From a virus, in IMG/VR virus record IMGVR_UViG_3300047325_000170, positions 1 through 64,000 of that record: a stretch of DNA of 64,000 nt; one strand, 5' to 3'. The translations under genes were made by a program, and so were the position numbers. Positions 27,479-37,885 of the stretch are shown here, one piece after another. The notes beneath the pieces were generated by a model. The model was not told the origin of the DNA, did no database searches, and saw only the letters and a program-made list of their open reading frames with translations. The stretch's first letter is position 1, and each line of letters opens with the position of its first letter.

Positions 27479-30400
27479 GAGGAGTATGCGTGGATGGTCG
27501 GGATTGCGGCATAGCGGGTTCCGGCCATCGCATTGTTCGTATCGTACGCTAGCGGGGTATCAGGATTGTCGAGGAGATCGAGGACCGCGTGGAAGGGCCA
27601 CCCATCAGCGGTGAGATACATGTAGAGTGCCCGCTCAACGAGCAAGTACGTCGGCAACTCATCTTCGATGGCGGCTTGGTAGTTGATGTCGAGGGTGTAG
27701 GTGATGGGAAAGACCCCCGCATACGAACTCGTATCACTGTTGAGCGTCACGAAGCCTTGAACGGTGATCGTGTAGGGCCCGGAGATCGCTTCGGGATTGA
27801 TGTAGGGTGAGGTGTAGAGCGGGTCGCTCGGAGTGATCGTGTAGGTCGCCAGGAGATTGTTGTTGGGATCGTAGAGCTTGATGAGCAGATAGAAGGATCC
27901 GACACTGGCTGCGAGGGACGGGTTGGGGAATGCCAGTTGTGAGAAGGCAAGAGCGATCTCGCTCGCCGGTCCCTGCGGCGCAACGGTATAGGCGCTCGTT
28001 GTATAGGTCCGTAAGGGACCGGCAGCAGCGGTGTAAAAGGTCGTGTTGACTGCATCGACTTCGTGCCAGCCATACGTGAAGTTCATCGAACAGGGGAAGC
28101 TTGCCGTCCCCGTATTCGATGATGTCGTTGAAGCCGTCAGGCGCCAATAGTAGATCGAGCCCGTCAAACCCGCGTTCCAGACGGTAAAGGATGTGGGGCC
28201 CGTGATCTTCACACTCCCAAGCGGGGTCTCGGTTGAATCGAGAAGCTCAAGCAAGAAGTAAGATGACCCCTTCGAACTCGACGGCAGCGTGACTGAGTTG
28301 ACGTTAAAGCTTAACGCATCGGCACTGGTCGTCGGGGAAATGAAGGAAACGAAGGGGGCTGAACTTGAGGCCGGCATCTCAAAGAGCTGGGGGGTTGCGG
28401 CATCGGGCAGGTAGACGGTCCCCGAGATCTGTTCGTACCACAGAAACTCTGCATGGAAGGAACAGTCATAGTAGGCCGCTCCCACATTATTGGAACTCAC
28501 TTCTGCCTGGACGGTCCAGGTGTAAACCCCTGTTGGTTCGCTCGAGCCAGAGTAATAGGTGAGCGTCGAGCCCGCAAAGCCGGTCCCGGTGATGCCCGTC
28601 CAGGTATTGAGGAGGGTCATGCTCGGCGTGTAGAGCTTGACGGTGAAGCTCGTGCTGCCATAGGCATCACTTGGTGTGACGATAGCGGTCATCGAGAGCT
28701 GAACCTGATCGGTTGTATCCTGCGGACCAAGGGTCGTCGAGGGTGTCTGGAACGTATAGAGCGCCCCCGGCGAGGTGACGTAGGTCGTCGAATAGGTTGT
28801 GACCGTAGCGACTGAACTATACGCGAAGGTACAGTCATAGGCACTCACACCGGTGTCGGTGTTGGTACAGGCCGCTGAGATGATCCAGGTGTAGGACCCA
28901 GCAATGGCGCTTGCGTTGTAGTATGTATAGGTTGTCCCCGACGTCACGCCCGTATGCGACTGCAAAACCGTCCCGATGGGACTCAGCAGAGCAATGGTCA
29001 GTGACGATGCACCGTAGGAATCTGAGGGGCAGACGACGCTCGAGAGGGTCAAGGAAAGTTCGGTGCCTGAGGTGGTCGGGGCAACCGTGAGAGCGCTTCC
29101 AACGATCTGCGTTGGGAGGCCGGGGGTGTTGTTGTAGAGATAGCTTGAGGATCCCACCATCTCATACCAGGTGTTGATCGCTTTTAGTGAACAGTTATAT
29201 GAAGACGTTCCATAATTCGTTGGGGTATTGGTGGCTTGGATAGCCCAGACCCAACTGCCGCCCTGCGCTGTTGGACTCCAGTAACTGAAGCTCTGATTGG
29301 AGCTTGTTGTTACTGTCCAGGATTGAATCAGTGCGCCATTGGGTGAATAGAGCCCGATCTCATAGAAGGGCGTCCCAAAGTTATTTTGGATCGGGAAGGA
29401 GATCTCCGAGAGTGAGAGGGTCAGCTGCGTTGCACTCGAGCTCGGCGCGAGCGTATTGGGCGAGCTCTGAATGACCGTCGCCTCGCCGGGAACAGCGGTG
29501 TAGGTATAGGTCGTCGTTGAGTGGATATCGGTCCAGGTCCAATTGACGGTCGCGCTACAGTTGTAGGTCGAGGGGCCCGCGTTCGTTGGCGTCGCAGTGG
29601 CCCAGACATCCCAGCGATAGACACCCCCAAGCGCATTCGGATTGATATAGGTGAGTGCCGTTCCGGAGGCAAGTCCAAGTTGGGAGAGCAAGACGGCGCC
29701 ATTTGGCCCGATGAGCTGCACGTTGTACTTGGTTGTTCCATTCGCATCCGAAGGCAAGCTCACGCTTGAGAGCGTGAAGGTCATCTTCAGCGCTTGCGTC
29801 GTCGGCGCAAGGGTCGTCGCCGTCGTGTAGTAGCTCATCACCGCCCCGGGATTGGCAACGTAGGTCGTGACATCGTCGCCCTGCAGGGCACTGATCGCCA
29901 CCTGCCCCGTGTAGTTCATGAGGATCGGATTGGCGAGGTTCGCAGCGAGGGGGAAGTTATCGGTCCACAGTTCTTGGCCGCTTGAGGATGCCATGCCAAC
30001 AAGCCAGGTGTACGTGCCCGTTGAGGCCCAGTTATCAAAGGTGATGTTGTAGGCACTGTTGCCGGTCGGGACAATCCACTCGCCGATGTTGTAGCCTTCA
30101 GGAGAGATCAGCTGCACGAAGACGTGGAAGGTCGGGGCCGGGTCGCTGCCGCCGGCTGGCGTGCTATTGGTGGCGTCGTACTGATTGAAGATGTATTCAT
30201 CTTGCATCCCCGTGCCGAGATTGCTCACCGAGAATGCGGGATTGGTTAAGGAGAAGGTCAGCTGACTGTTCTGTGAAGTGGGAGCGACGCTGACGGTGAT
30301 GGGGAAGGTTTGTGTTTGATAGGTGCCACCGGCATAGGGCATCGTTGCCGTATGCTGGTAGTGAGATCCCGAGACGGTCGTGACGATCTTGCCCGTCTGA

Positions 30401-33400
30401 TTGAGTGACCCCGTCGTCGTGACGCGCGCAATCGTCGAGTTTGTGCTCCCGGTGATTGTCGGGACGGAGACGTTCGAGGAGGTATCGCTCTCGGCGGTCT
30501 GCGTATTGGTTGTTGAAGGGGTCGCAGTGATGCTGGTTGTTTCTGCATCGAAGGATGTCTTCGTCTGCTGTCCTGGGCTCGTTGTCGTTAAGGGCGTGTT
30601 CGTGACTGCGGCAATCGATGAGCCCGTTCCGGCGACGGTCGTGACAACCGGTGCGCCCGATGACGAGGGACTAATTGAGGGAACCTGGGTATTGGTCGCA
30701 ACGGAGTTGAATTGGACCTTCGAGCTCTCGGAGGTCGAGACAATGGTTGCCGTCCCGCCTGCAGTTGCAGCATGAACCTGCGCCATCGGCGTATCGACGG
30801 GCGAGAGGTAGCTTGAAACCTGCGGCGAGGAGTTATCCTGGTACGCATCGAGGTTCGGGTTGTCGTTGATGTTCCAAAGATTGAACCAGGTATGTCCGCC
30901 AGCGGGGTTCACGTCAAGGTGAATGAAGCGGTCGAACTGATCGGGGAAGCCGCGGTAGACGTAGTAGTACTCGAGATAGTCGTAGTTGACATGGACCGTG
31001 TCGCTCGACGTCAGGGTCACATTGCTTAAGGTAATCGTTCCCCGGCCGCCGTTGATATCGGCAAGAGCTGTCGGCAGGTAAGCACCGGAGGAGGTCAGGT
31101 TATCGCGTGTCACCCAGAGGTTCGTGATCCCGGCAGGAGACTGGCGCGTGACGATGACATCAATCGGATAGTTTGGATTGATGTAGATCGGCGTGTGCTG
31201 CACCTGGATCGTCGTGGCATTGAGAACGGTTGCCTTCTCATTGTTCGTTGCAATGAGGGGAATGAGTTGATCGAAGTTCTGGGTGTAGTATGGCTCAAGA
31301 CCGACAAGGTAGGTATTGTCGCTAGGATCTGTGTACGTCAGCCAACCCCGGTGCATACGCAAGTACCAATTGCGCGACGCATCGAGGTTATCGGGTTCCT
31401 GGAGGAAGATCTGCGGACCATTGTCGGTCGTCGCATAGATCGTTCCATCGGGGAGGGGCAGCGAGAAGTTGAAGGCAAGGGTCCGCTGCTGGCTATTGTC
31501 ACCCGATGAGGTGGGATTAATCTCGTACCAGCTGTAGGATCCTTCCCAGGTGCAGTAATAACTGCCCGTTCCCGTTCCCGTGTTGATGACGAATGCCGTG
31601 ATTGCCCAGACCCACGTGCCACCAACCGCATTAATGTTCGCGTAGGTGAAGGTCTGGGGTGAGGTGATGTTCGTCCACGTCTGGACAACGCCCCCGAGCG
31701 GTGAGGTCAGGGTCACTTGGAGAAACGAAGATCCCTGACTGTTGCTTGGGCATCCGACCGAGGTGAGGTCGAGGGTCAGGGCGTCATTGGTTGAGAGGGG
31801 AGCGATGGTCGTTAGGGGTGTCGTCTCAAGGATGGAGCTGCCCGGCACACTCGTATACGTATAGGTCGTGCCGCTGACATAGATGAACCAGCCCATCGTT
31901 GCCGAGAGCGAACACGCATAGGTGGACGCCCCATTATTATTGGGGATCACACTTGCGTAGACGGACCACGTCCACACGCCGCCCGGTGCTCCTGTCGCAA
32001 AGTACGACAGGGACTGGGCGCTCATGACAACCCACGTTTGCACCGGGGTCACATTGCTTAAGGGTGAGAAGAGCGCAACGTTGTAGACGGTCGTTCCGTA
32101 GCTATCAGAGGGCAAGTTGATGCCAGTGACATTGAAGGTCAGCTGTGTCGTCGCACCCACCGGACCCTCGGTTCCGCTCGGAGTCGTATAGGTCGTCGTG
32201 TTTCCATTGCTCGCGTTATAGACGGTTGCAAGGGGCGTATACCAGCTGTATGTCCCAGCCCATCCGGCGTCATAGCCGTACGTGCCGTACGGCGGAGGGC
32301 TTGCCTCCGCCGAAGTGATGTTGACTGATCCAAAGATTTGAATCGTGTAGGCTCCGGGGACCGCACTTGCATTGTAGTAGGTCAAGGTCTGCGGGGTCGT
32401 CACGGCCCATGTCTGGAGAACCGTTCCAGAGCCCGGTGCGAGGACATTCACAACAACTTCGCCGCTGCCGTGACTGTCTGATGTGATGCTGACACTCGTC
32501 AGATCAATACTCAGTGCGGTCCCACTTGTCGTTGGGGCAACGGTATTCGCCGGCGTTGGAGACGTAAATGCCGCGCCATTATGGACCTGGAATCCCTGCG
32601 CGCTGTAGGTGTAATAGACGTTTTGCCCCGCGACCTTTGTCAGGGTTCCGCTGCCCGTCGTCGACGGGGTGGTTGCGGAGATCTGCGGACTTGAGGCATT
32701 CGAGATCGGTGAGCTGTGAGGAACGTTGTTGTCAGTTGTATCAACCGAAGAGACAATGGTCGCCGTTGAGTTGGAGGTGACCGAAGGCAAGGTTGAGGAG
32801 ACAAGTTCGGCCCCGACAGAATTATCAAGGACGGGCGCTGCGATATAGGCAAAGGGGAGAAAGGTTGTGCTCGGCTTGATCGCCTGAAAGAAGCACGGCG
32901 TGACGTTGAGCGTCTCGGAGTTCTCACCCCACTTGACGACATAGCGCTGCCGGTAGGTCCCTTGGAAGTTCGTGAAGACCTGAAGATAGAAGTCGTCACC
33001 CGTCAATCCAATCGGCTGAACCGCCCAGAGATATCCTAAGGGAAGGGGCTTGCCACTCTCGGACTGGATGGAAACCAGACTGTTGAGCTGCTGGGTGTTG
33101 GGGTTCTGGTAATACGCAATTGTTTCGCCCGTCGCGAGATTGCTTTCGCCCTCTTCAAGGAGCGCAATGAAGTCATCGGTAATCGCGTTCCGCAAATTAT
33201 CGGGGAGCCCGGAGAAGGACACTGGGAAGCGCAGATACTCACTGTAGAAGAGCGGGATGTTTGTTGTGGCGCCGGCGGAGTCCGTGAAGGGCGATGTGAT
33301 GGTCGTGAAGAGAACGTTATCCGTTGGGGCCGACCACGGTTCATTTGTCTCAGGGTCGATGACCTGACCGCCGACGAGCAAGAGCTGCCGCACATTCGCA

Positions 33401-33591
33401 TCGAGGTTGTTGCCCATGAACTTCTCGGAGTTCTGCAGGTCGTCATCGGCGACGACAACGTCAGGCACCGGGGGGATCTTCGTTTGCACATACGCGAGGT
33501 TGACCGCGCCCTCAGGGACGTAGTCACCATATCCCACGACGATGCCGGGGGAACTTTGACCGTAGGGGATCTCAACGTATGAACGTGCCAT
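27475..33591 (-). CDS. Giant Ser/Thr-rich virion protein with about 10 internal beta-sandwich repeats
   Basis: 2038 aa. Recurrent ~110-120-aa unit: (V/L)AP...L.L.L..V..PS.S.G...V.L.SP.G...Q.W...TY.N..A..G.(Y/W).W.I.A...Y.C...W. Confidence 0.8.
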   Translation of the reverse strand: MARSYVEIPYGQSSPGIVVGYGDYVPEGAVNLAYVQTKIPPVPDVVVADDDLQNSEKFMGNNLDANVRQLLLVGGQVIDPETNEPWSAPTDNVLFTTITSPFTDSAGATTNIPLFYSEYLRFPVSFSGLPDNLRNAITDDFIALLEEGESNLATGETIAYYQNPNTQQLNSLVSIQSESGKPLPLGYLWAVQPIGLTGDDFYLQVFTNFQGTYRQRYVVKWGENSETLNVTPCFFQAIKPSTTFLPFAYIAAPVLDNSVGAELVSSTLPSVTSNSTATIVSSVDTTDNNVPHSSPISNASSPQISATTPSTTGSGTLTKVAGQNVYYTYSAQGFQVHNGAAFTSPTPANTVAPTTSGTALSIDLTSVSITSDSHGSGEVVVNVLAPGSGTVLQTWAVTTPQTLTYYNASAVPGAYTIQIFGSVNITSAEASPPPYGTYGYDAGWAGTYSWYTPLATVYNASNGNTTTYTTPSGTEGPVGATTQLTFNVTGINLPSDSYGTTVYNVALFSPLSNVTPVQTWVVMSAQSLSYFATGAPGGVWTWSVYASVIPNNNGASTYACSLSATMGWFIYVSGTTYTYTSVPGSSILETTPLTTIAPLSTNDALTLDLTSVGCPSNSQGSSFLQVTLTSPLGGVVQTWTNITSPQTFTYANINAVGGTWVWAITAFVINTGTGTGSYYCTWEGSYSWYEINPTSSGDNSQQRTLAFNFSLPLPDGTIYATTDNGPQIFLQEPDNLDASRNWYLRMHRGWLTYTDPSDNTYLVGLEPYYTQNFDQLIPLIATNNEKATVLNATTIQVQHTPIYINPNYPIDVIVTRQSPAGITNLWVTRDNLTSSGAYLPTALADINGGRGTITLSNVTLTSSDTVHVNYDYLEYYYVYRGFPDQFDRFIHLDVNPAGGHTWFNLWNINDNPNLDAYQDNSSPQVSSYLSPVDTPMAQVHAATAGGTATIVSTSESSKVQFNSVATNTQVPSISPSSSGAPVVTTVAGTGSSIAAVTNTPLTTTSPGQQTKTSFDAETTSITATPSTTNTQTAESDTSSNVSVPTITGSTNSTIARVTTTGSLNQTGKIVTTVSGSHYQHTATMPYAGGTYQTQTFPITVSVAPTSQNSQLTFSLTNPAFSVSNLGTGMQDEYIFNQYDATNSTPAGGSDPAPTFHVFVQLISPEGYNIGEWIVPTGNSAYNITFDNWASTGTYTWLVGMASSSGQELWTDNFPLAANLANPILMNYTGQVAISALQGDDVTTYVANPGAVMSYYTTATTLAPTTQALKMTFTLSSVSLPSDANGTTKYNVQLIGPNGAVLLSQLGLASGTALTYINPNALGGVYRWDVWATATPTNAGPSTYNCSATVNWTWTDIHSTTTYTYTAVPGEATVIQSSPNTLAPSSSATQLTLSLSEISFPIQNNFGTPFYEIGLYSPNGALIQSWTVTTSSNQSFSYWSPTAQGGSWVWAIQATNTPTNYGTSSYNCSLKAINTWYEMVGSSSYLYNNTPGLPTQIVGSALTVAPTTSGTELSLTLSSVVCPSDSYGASSLTIALLSPIGTVLQSHTGVTSGTTYTYYNASAIAGSYTWIISAACTNTDTGVSAYDCTFAYSSVATVTTYSTTYVTSPGALYTFQTPSTTLGPQDTTDQVQLSMTAIVTPSDAYGSTSFTVKLYTPSMTLLNTWTGITGTGFAGSTLTYYSGSSEPTGVYTWTVQAEVSSNNVGAAYYDCSFHAEFLWYEQISGTVYLPDAATPQLFEMPASSSAPFVSFISPTTSADALSFNVNSVTLPSSSKGSSYFLLELLDSTETPLGSVKITGPTSFTVWNAGLTGSIYYWRLTASTTSSNTGTASFPCSMNFTYGWHEVDAVNTTFYTAAAGPLRTYTTSAYTVAPQGPASEIALAFSQLAFPNPSLAASVGSFYLLIKLYDPNNNLLATYTITPSDPLYTSPYINPEAISGPYTITVQGFVTLNSDTSSYAGVFPITYTLDINYQAAIEDELPTYLLVERALYMYLTADGWPFHAVLDLLDNPDTPLAYDTNNAMAGTRYAAIPTIHAYSS

Positions 33592-33607
33592 TATTCGGAG
33601 TGCCTGC

Positions 33608-36600
33608 TCATTCGAAGGGTGTATACATTTCGATGAAGGTCTGGGCTAACAAAGTGGAGATCGGATTGCCTTGGTCATCAAAGAGCTGCATGGCCGCGGT
33701 CACCTGGGCAACTTGCGAGAACTCAGAGGCGGGGAAGTGCGTCGAGACCTGACCGTAGTAATCGGTCGTGCCATTATAGGTCTGTGTTCCCTCGCGATAG
33801 GAAACAAGGATGATCACCGGCAGCCCATTGGTCGCATTCCCCGCGGCATCCGTGACCTGGACCCGCACGCTGAAGGTCGTCACTCCATCTGCTACAACCG
33901 AGGCCGGGTCAGCAATCACCGTCATCGTCGTCGGTAAATAGAAGTCAGACGTCACATAGACGAAGCCTTGATTGCGTGGGTTGAAGTAGGGGTGGAGGGG
34001 CAGTGACGTGAGGTTGCGACCACTCCCTCCCTCGTAGAGGATGAGGACGCCGGTCGGCTGGTCTTGATCCATCACGAAGTAACTTCCGATGTCGGTCGTT
34101 GAGGGATCGATGTAGAAGCTGTTCTGCAGCTGGTAGGAGATCGTCAACTCGGTCGTGTCCGGGACAACCGTGGTGAAGGTCAAGCTGTTGTCGAGAGATC
34201 CCGTTGCGCTCGGAGTGTACGTGAGCCCATCGCTTGCGGCGAGGACGTTGATGTTCTCAAGGCCTTCGTAGGTGAGGTAGACGGTTGCCGTGCCATTGCC
34301 GCTGACGGTTTCGCTCGTCGTGAGGGTATAGTTGTTGGCATCGTCGGTGAAGTAGACGCGGCGCAGGGGTGTGAAGCCGCCGTCAAGCGCCACGATGGAG
34401 GCGTAGACCGGCGTATTGGGCATCGCGCCATTGAGTAAGAGGTTGCTTGAAACCGTCTCAGCGTAGATCGGCTGTGAGAAGAAGTAGTGCTCTTCTTGAT
34501 TGAGATAGTAGACGCCGGGTGCCACCATGGCAAACCACGCGTCACTCTCTTGGGCGAGGGGCACGAAGGGTGTGGGTTGGTAGGTCGTGCCATTGAGCTG
34601 CCGTTGCTGTGCTGCTTGATTGGCTGCGGTCGCTGTGGCTGCGGCAATATCGGTCGGGAAGGCAATGGAGAGGAAACAGTCGGTGTCTTGTCCGATGCCG
34701 GCCTGGAAAGCCATGAAGCGGTTGATCGTCGCGGTTGAGATCGCCGTCCCCGGTGTATTGAAGTCAACGTAGTAACCGGTTGTCGAGGGGGTCGCCGAGA
34801 AGGTCGACTCGCCGAAGATCGTTGAGCCGAAGATCGAGGGTGTGTAGTTTGCGCCGGGGATCGTCGTCAGCGTCCCGGAGTAGAAGATCCGCTGGGGCGA
34901 GAGCGTCTCGGCATACTGCGGATCAAAGAGATTCGGCAAGAAGCCAAAGTCACTGTAGCGCTCATTGAGCGTATGCCAGATATTGCGATCCCAGCGCACG
35001 TCGCCCCACTCGAGGGGCGCAACCGTCGTGATCTCCTGGGCGAAGGCACGGAGAAGCGGCGTCGCCGCACCCTGTGCGGTGTAGAGGAGATCTTGGATCT
35101 GCGGGTCGGTGAGGTTGTTGACCCAGACCTGATCGCCGTCAATATAGCGCAGATCATAGGTCTCCGTGAAAGGCGACATGGAGAGGTACTGTCCGTCCCA
35201 GGTGACGGTGGGCGGGAGGGTGACGAGAAGATCAAAGGGAGCGGCCGTGGCAGAACCCGAGTTCGTCACATTGACCGTCAGCGTCCAGGTCGCATTCGTT
35301 GGGATTGCGGCGGGATCTACATCCGGTGGTGTACTTGTGTAGTTGGGGAAGAGGGGCACACCTGCGGGCGTTGGGTCTACCGTGTAATGCGCCGAGATCC
35401 GCATGATCGGCGCAAGATCCGTAAGGACGTCAGGCTGCGCTTCGAGCTCGAGCGGGAAGTTCCCCAAACTGTCGTCGTAGATGTAGCCAAGCTGAAGCTG
35501 ATCGCCCGCTGTCGCTGGTGTGCTCAAGGTGAAAACACTGGTGGAAAGTTCGCTATAGTCCACGCCCTTGACGAGCGCATAGCCATTCTTCCAGACCTGT
35601 AAGCTGCCGGGGTACCAGCGATTCGTGGGTGCTCCGAAGCTCGTTGTGTCGCGGGTGGGGTTGATGAGATCGTAGATTGGCTGGGCCGAGGCCGGGACGG
35701 TGTTCGTGAAGAGGAGGGGCACCGCACCGGGCACGACGATCCCACCCGTTGCCATGAGCTGTAAAGTCGAACTTGCGGTGCCGCCGATTCCGAGTTGCGG
35801 GAAGCTGAGGACGACTTGATTCTGTGCGTTCTCTGCGGTGCCGCTGGCTGCATCAGCGAGGGTGGTAACGACGCTGTAGTACGGGAGGGGAAGGCGGTCG
35901 ATGAGGATCGTGTCCCCGTAGACATTTCCCGTACCAATCGCGATGACGGGCGAGGATGCGGTGGCCCCCGAGAGATTGGTAAGGTTGGGATGGATGCCCC
36001 AGCTCACATGGTTGACCAGGCCCAGTTCTGTTGCGAGGGCGTTGCGTAAGAGCGGGAGGGTTGGTCCCGAAGGATAGAGGACCGCATCGATGAGCCGGCG
36101 CTGGTAGGCGAGGTTATCTTCGCCTTGCAGGCGGGGCTTATTGAGATAGGTGCCGCACTCATCGAGTCCCGTCCACACCATGTGGAGAACCGGTGGAAAG
36201 ACGACCTCGCCCGGTGCAAGATTGTTGACCGCCGTTCCGCCATTCGGTGTCGGTCCGGTCGTCTGCAACCAAACCTCGAAGTACGGTTCGCGGGTGTAGA
36301 CGTAGGGCACGTCTTCTGGCAAGACATAGAAGACATCGTAGGTCGTGTAGTGGACTTCGAAAGTCGAACCCGACGCGGGAGCCGCCGAAGCCGTAAAGGT
36401 CAGGGTCTGGAGATCTCCAGCCACGGAGTAGTTATACGAAGGGATCTCAACATTGGGACCGTTGAGATAGATCCACTCAATCTGCCGCGAGCCATCTTCG
36501 TTGACCCCCACCCGATTGGGAAGCGAGTAGGCCGATGCACCTCCCGCATACGTCGCAATCTGCGAGAGCCCATAGTAGAAGTCAAAGAGGCGAAAGCATT

Positions 36601-37045
36601 GCTGTAAGATGAGCTGCGGGACACGGTTGGGATTGAGCGTCTCGGTGCCATCGGGCTGGACCGTCCCAAGATAACTTGGCTCGAGCGTAGCGGAAGCACC
36701 CGTACAGCCGGTCTGCGAGTTCTGCAGGGAGACACGGTAGACAAGGTCCAGAGAAGCAGGCGAGCGCCCCGGGTACTCCAGGAAGCGCTCGTAGAGGTTC
36801 TCATCAAGAGCCATGTCGAGCAGCTCAAGCTCGATGGCAAAGGTGTTCATCAGGCGCTGCCAGTGGCTCCCCTGAAGGCTTGCGTTATAGGCCGATGCAG
36901 CAGTAACCGCTGTAAGTGACAGCGGTCCTTGGGGCAGCCCATAGGTGCGGGCATCGGTCCAGCTAGGGAGGGTATTCGCCAACTCCTGCGTGAGGTTTGT
37001 TGGCGGATTCTCCCCCGGAAGCAGATGCCTGAAGTCAGCAGGCAT
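33608..37045 (-). CDS. Baseplate wedge-type protein with C-terminal Ig-like (Big_1) domain
   Basis: 1145 aa following the J-like gene. LDECGTYLNKPRLQGEDNLAYQRRLID...LRNALATELG motif; C-terminal ADPASVVADG...VQVTDAAGN (Big_1). Confidence 0.75.
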   Translation of the reverse strand: MPADFRHLLPGENPPTNLTQELANTLPSWTDARTYGLPQGPLSLTAVTAASAYNASLQGSHWQRLMNTFAIELELLDMALDENLYERFLEYPGRSPASLDLVYRVSLQNSQTGCTGASATLEPSYLGTVQPDGTETLNPNRVPQLILQQCFRLFDFYYGLSQIATYAGGASAYSLPNRVGVNEDGSRQIEWIYLNGPNVEIPSYNYSVAGDLQTLTFTASAAPASGSTFEVHYTTYDVFYVLPEDVPYVYTREPYFEVWLQTTGPTPNGGTAVNNLAPGEVVFPPVLHMVWTGLDECGTYLNKPRLQGEDNLAYQRRLIDAVLYPSGPTLPLLRNALATELGLVNHVSWGIHPNLTNLSGATASSPVIAIGTGNVYGDTILIDRLPLPYYSVVTTLADAASGTAENAQNQVVLSFPQLGIGGTASSTLQLMATGGIVVPGAVPLLFTNTVPASAQPIYDLINPTRDTTSFGAPTNRWYPGSLQVWKNGYALVKGVDYSELSTSVFTLSTPATAGDQLQLGYIYDDSLGNFPLELEAQPDVLTDLAPIMRISAHYTVDPTPAGVPLFPNYTSTPPDVDPAAIPTNATWTLTVNVTNSGSATAAPFDLLVTLPPTVTWDGQYLSMSPFTETYDLRYIDGDQVWVNNLTDPQIQDLLYTAQGAATPLLRAFAQEITTVAPLEWGDVRWDRNIWHTLNERYSDFGFLPNLFDPQYAETLSPQRIFYSGTLTTIPGANYTPSIFGSTIFGESTFSATPSTTGYYVDFNTPGTAISTATINRFMAFQAGIGQDTDCFLSIAFPTDIAAATATAANQAAQQRQLNGTTYQPTPFVPLAQESDAWFAMVAPGVYYLNQEEHYFFSQPIYAETVSSNLLLNGAMPNTPVYASIVALDGGFTPLRRVYFTDDANNYTLTTSETVSGNGTATVYLTYEGLENINVLAASDGLTYTPSATGSLDNSLTFTTVVPDTTELTISYQLQNSFYIDPSTTDIGSYFVMDQDQPTGVLILYEGGSGRNLTSLPLHPYFNPRNQGFVYVTSDFYLPTTMTVIADPASVVADGVTTFSVRVQVTDAAGNATNGLPVIILVSYREGTQTYNGTTDYYGQVSTHFPASEFSQVAQVTAAMQLFDDQGNPISTLLAQTFIEMYTPFE

Positions 37046-37875
37046 TACGTAATGGAGATCGTTCCTGGAAGAAGCTGCTGATCAAACTGCGGTGTGTAGT
37101 TCCGCAGGAGCTGCTCGACCGTGTTCCCATTCGCGTCGGTCGTCGAGATCGTTAAAAGATCGAAGTCGGTGATGGTGCCGTTCGTCCCCGATGACGTCAG
37201 GACGACGGCATCAAGCTCAGCCGTAATCAAGGCTTGTCCCATCGTCAGCCCATTGATGTAGGTGTTGATCGCTGCCTGCGCTTGTGTTTGCAAATTGGCA
37301 ACGTTCGTGCCGACGCCCGTTGAGGTGGTAATGGTCGCCGTGAGATTGACGTAGAGTGGGGTCGGGGTGAGGACGATGTTATAAGCGCCAGCTGCTCCCA
37401 AGAGGGCAAGCGCACTCGCTGCCGCACTCACCGTCGCTGCATCGACAATACTTCCACTTGACACCAAGTAGAAGGCCATAGTCCCGATCCCTTGGGTGTA
37501 GGGGACCGTCACCACGTTCGTCACACTCGAGAGGTTTGAGAGCGCGCTCACAAGCGCAGAGAGATTGGTCCCCGTCGCACCGGTGATCGCCCCCGCAATA
37601 CGCGCACGCAATGCGGCATCGCTCTCGCCCATGCGGGCGGTCACGCCGACGAGGAGACCGAGCCCTTCGAGCGAGTCGGTGGCAGCCTGTGAGAGGTACT
37701 GCGTCCCGAGGTTCGAGGCCATGTCGCTGTAGAGATCAGCGATGTGGAGATCCACGGACTCAACCATGCTGCGGAGCACGGTGCCTTGGTAGTTGGCATC
37801 GGTATAGCCAAGAGAAGAAAGTCGGGCAACCGCGTCAGCGTTGAGGGTGGCGAAGTCTTTCTGGATCAAGGCCAC
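37045..37875 (-). CDS. Baseplate J-like protein
   Basis: YLSQA...LEGLGLLVGVTARMGESDAALRARI...GT...AINTYINGL.MG is the baseplate J signature. Confidence 0.85.
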   Translation of the reverse strand: MALIQKDFATLNADAVARLSSLGYTDANYQGTVLRSMVESVDLHIADLYSDMASNLGTQYLSQAATDSLEGLGLLVGVTARMGESDAALRARIAGAITGATGTNLSALVSALSNLSSVTNVVTVPYTQGIGTMAFYLVSSGSIVDAATVSAAASALALLGAAGAYNIVLTPTPLYVNLTATITTSTGVGTNVANLQTQAQAAINTYINGLTMGQALITAELDAVVLTSSGTNGTITDFDLLTISTTDANGNTVEQLLRNYTPQFDQQLLPGTISIT

Positions 37876-37885
37876 GGAAAGACTC

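Noticed and set aside
27475-33591. Diversity-generating retroelement or invertible tail-fibre cassette
   Set aside because: The repeats are diverged at DNA level. No reverse transcriptase, invertase or near-identical template/variable repeat pair was seen.
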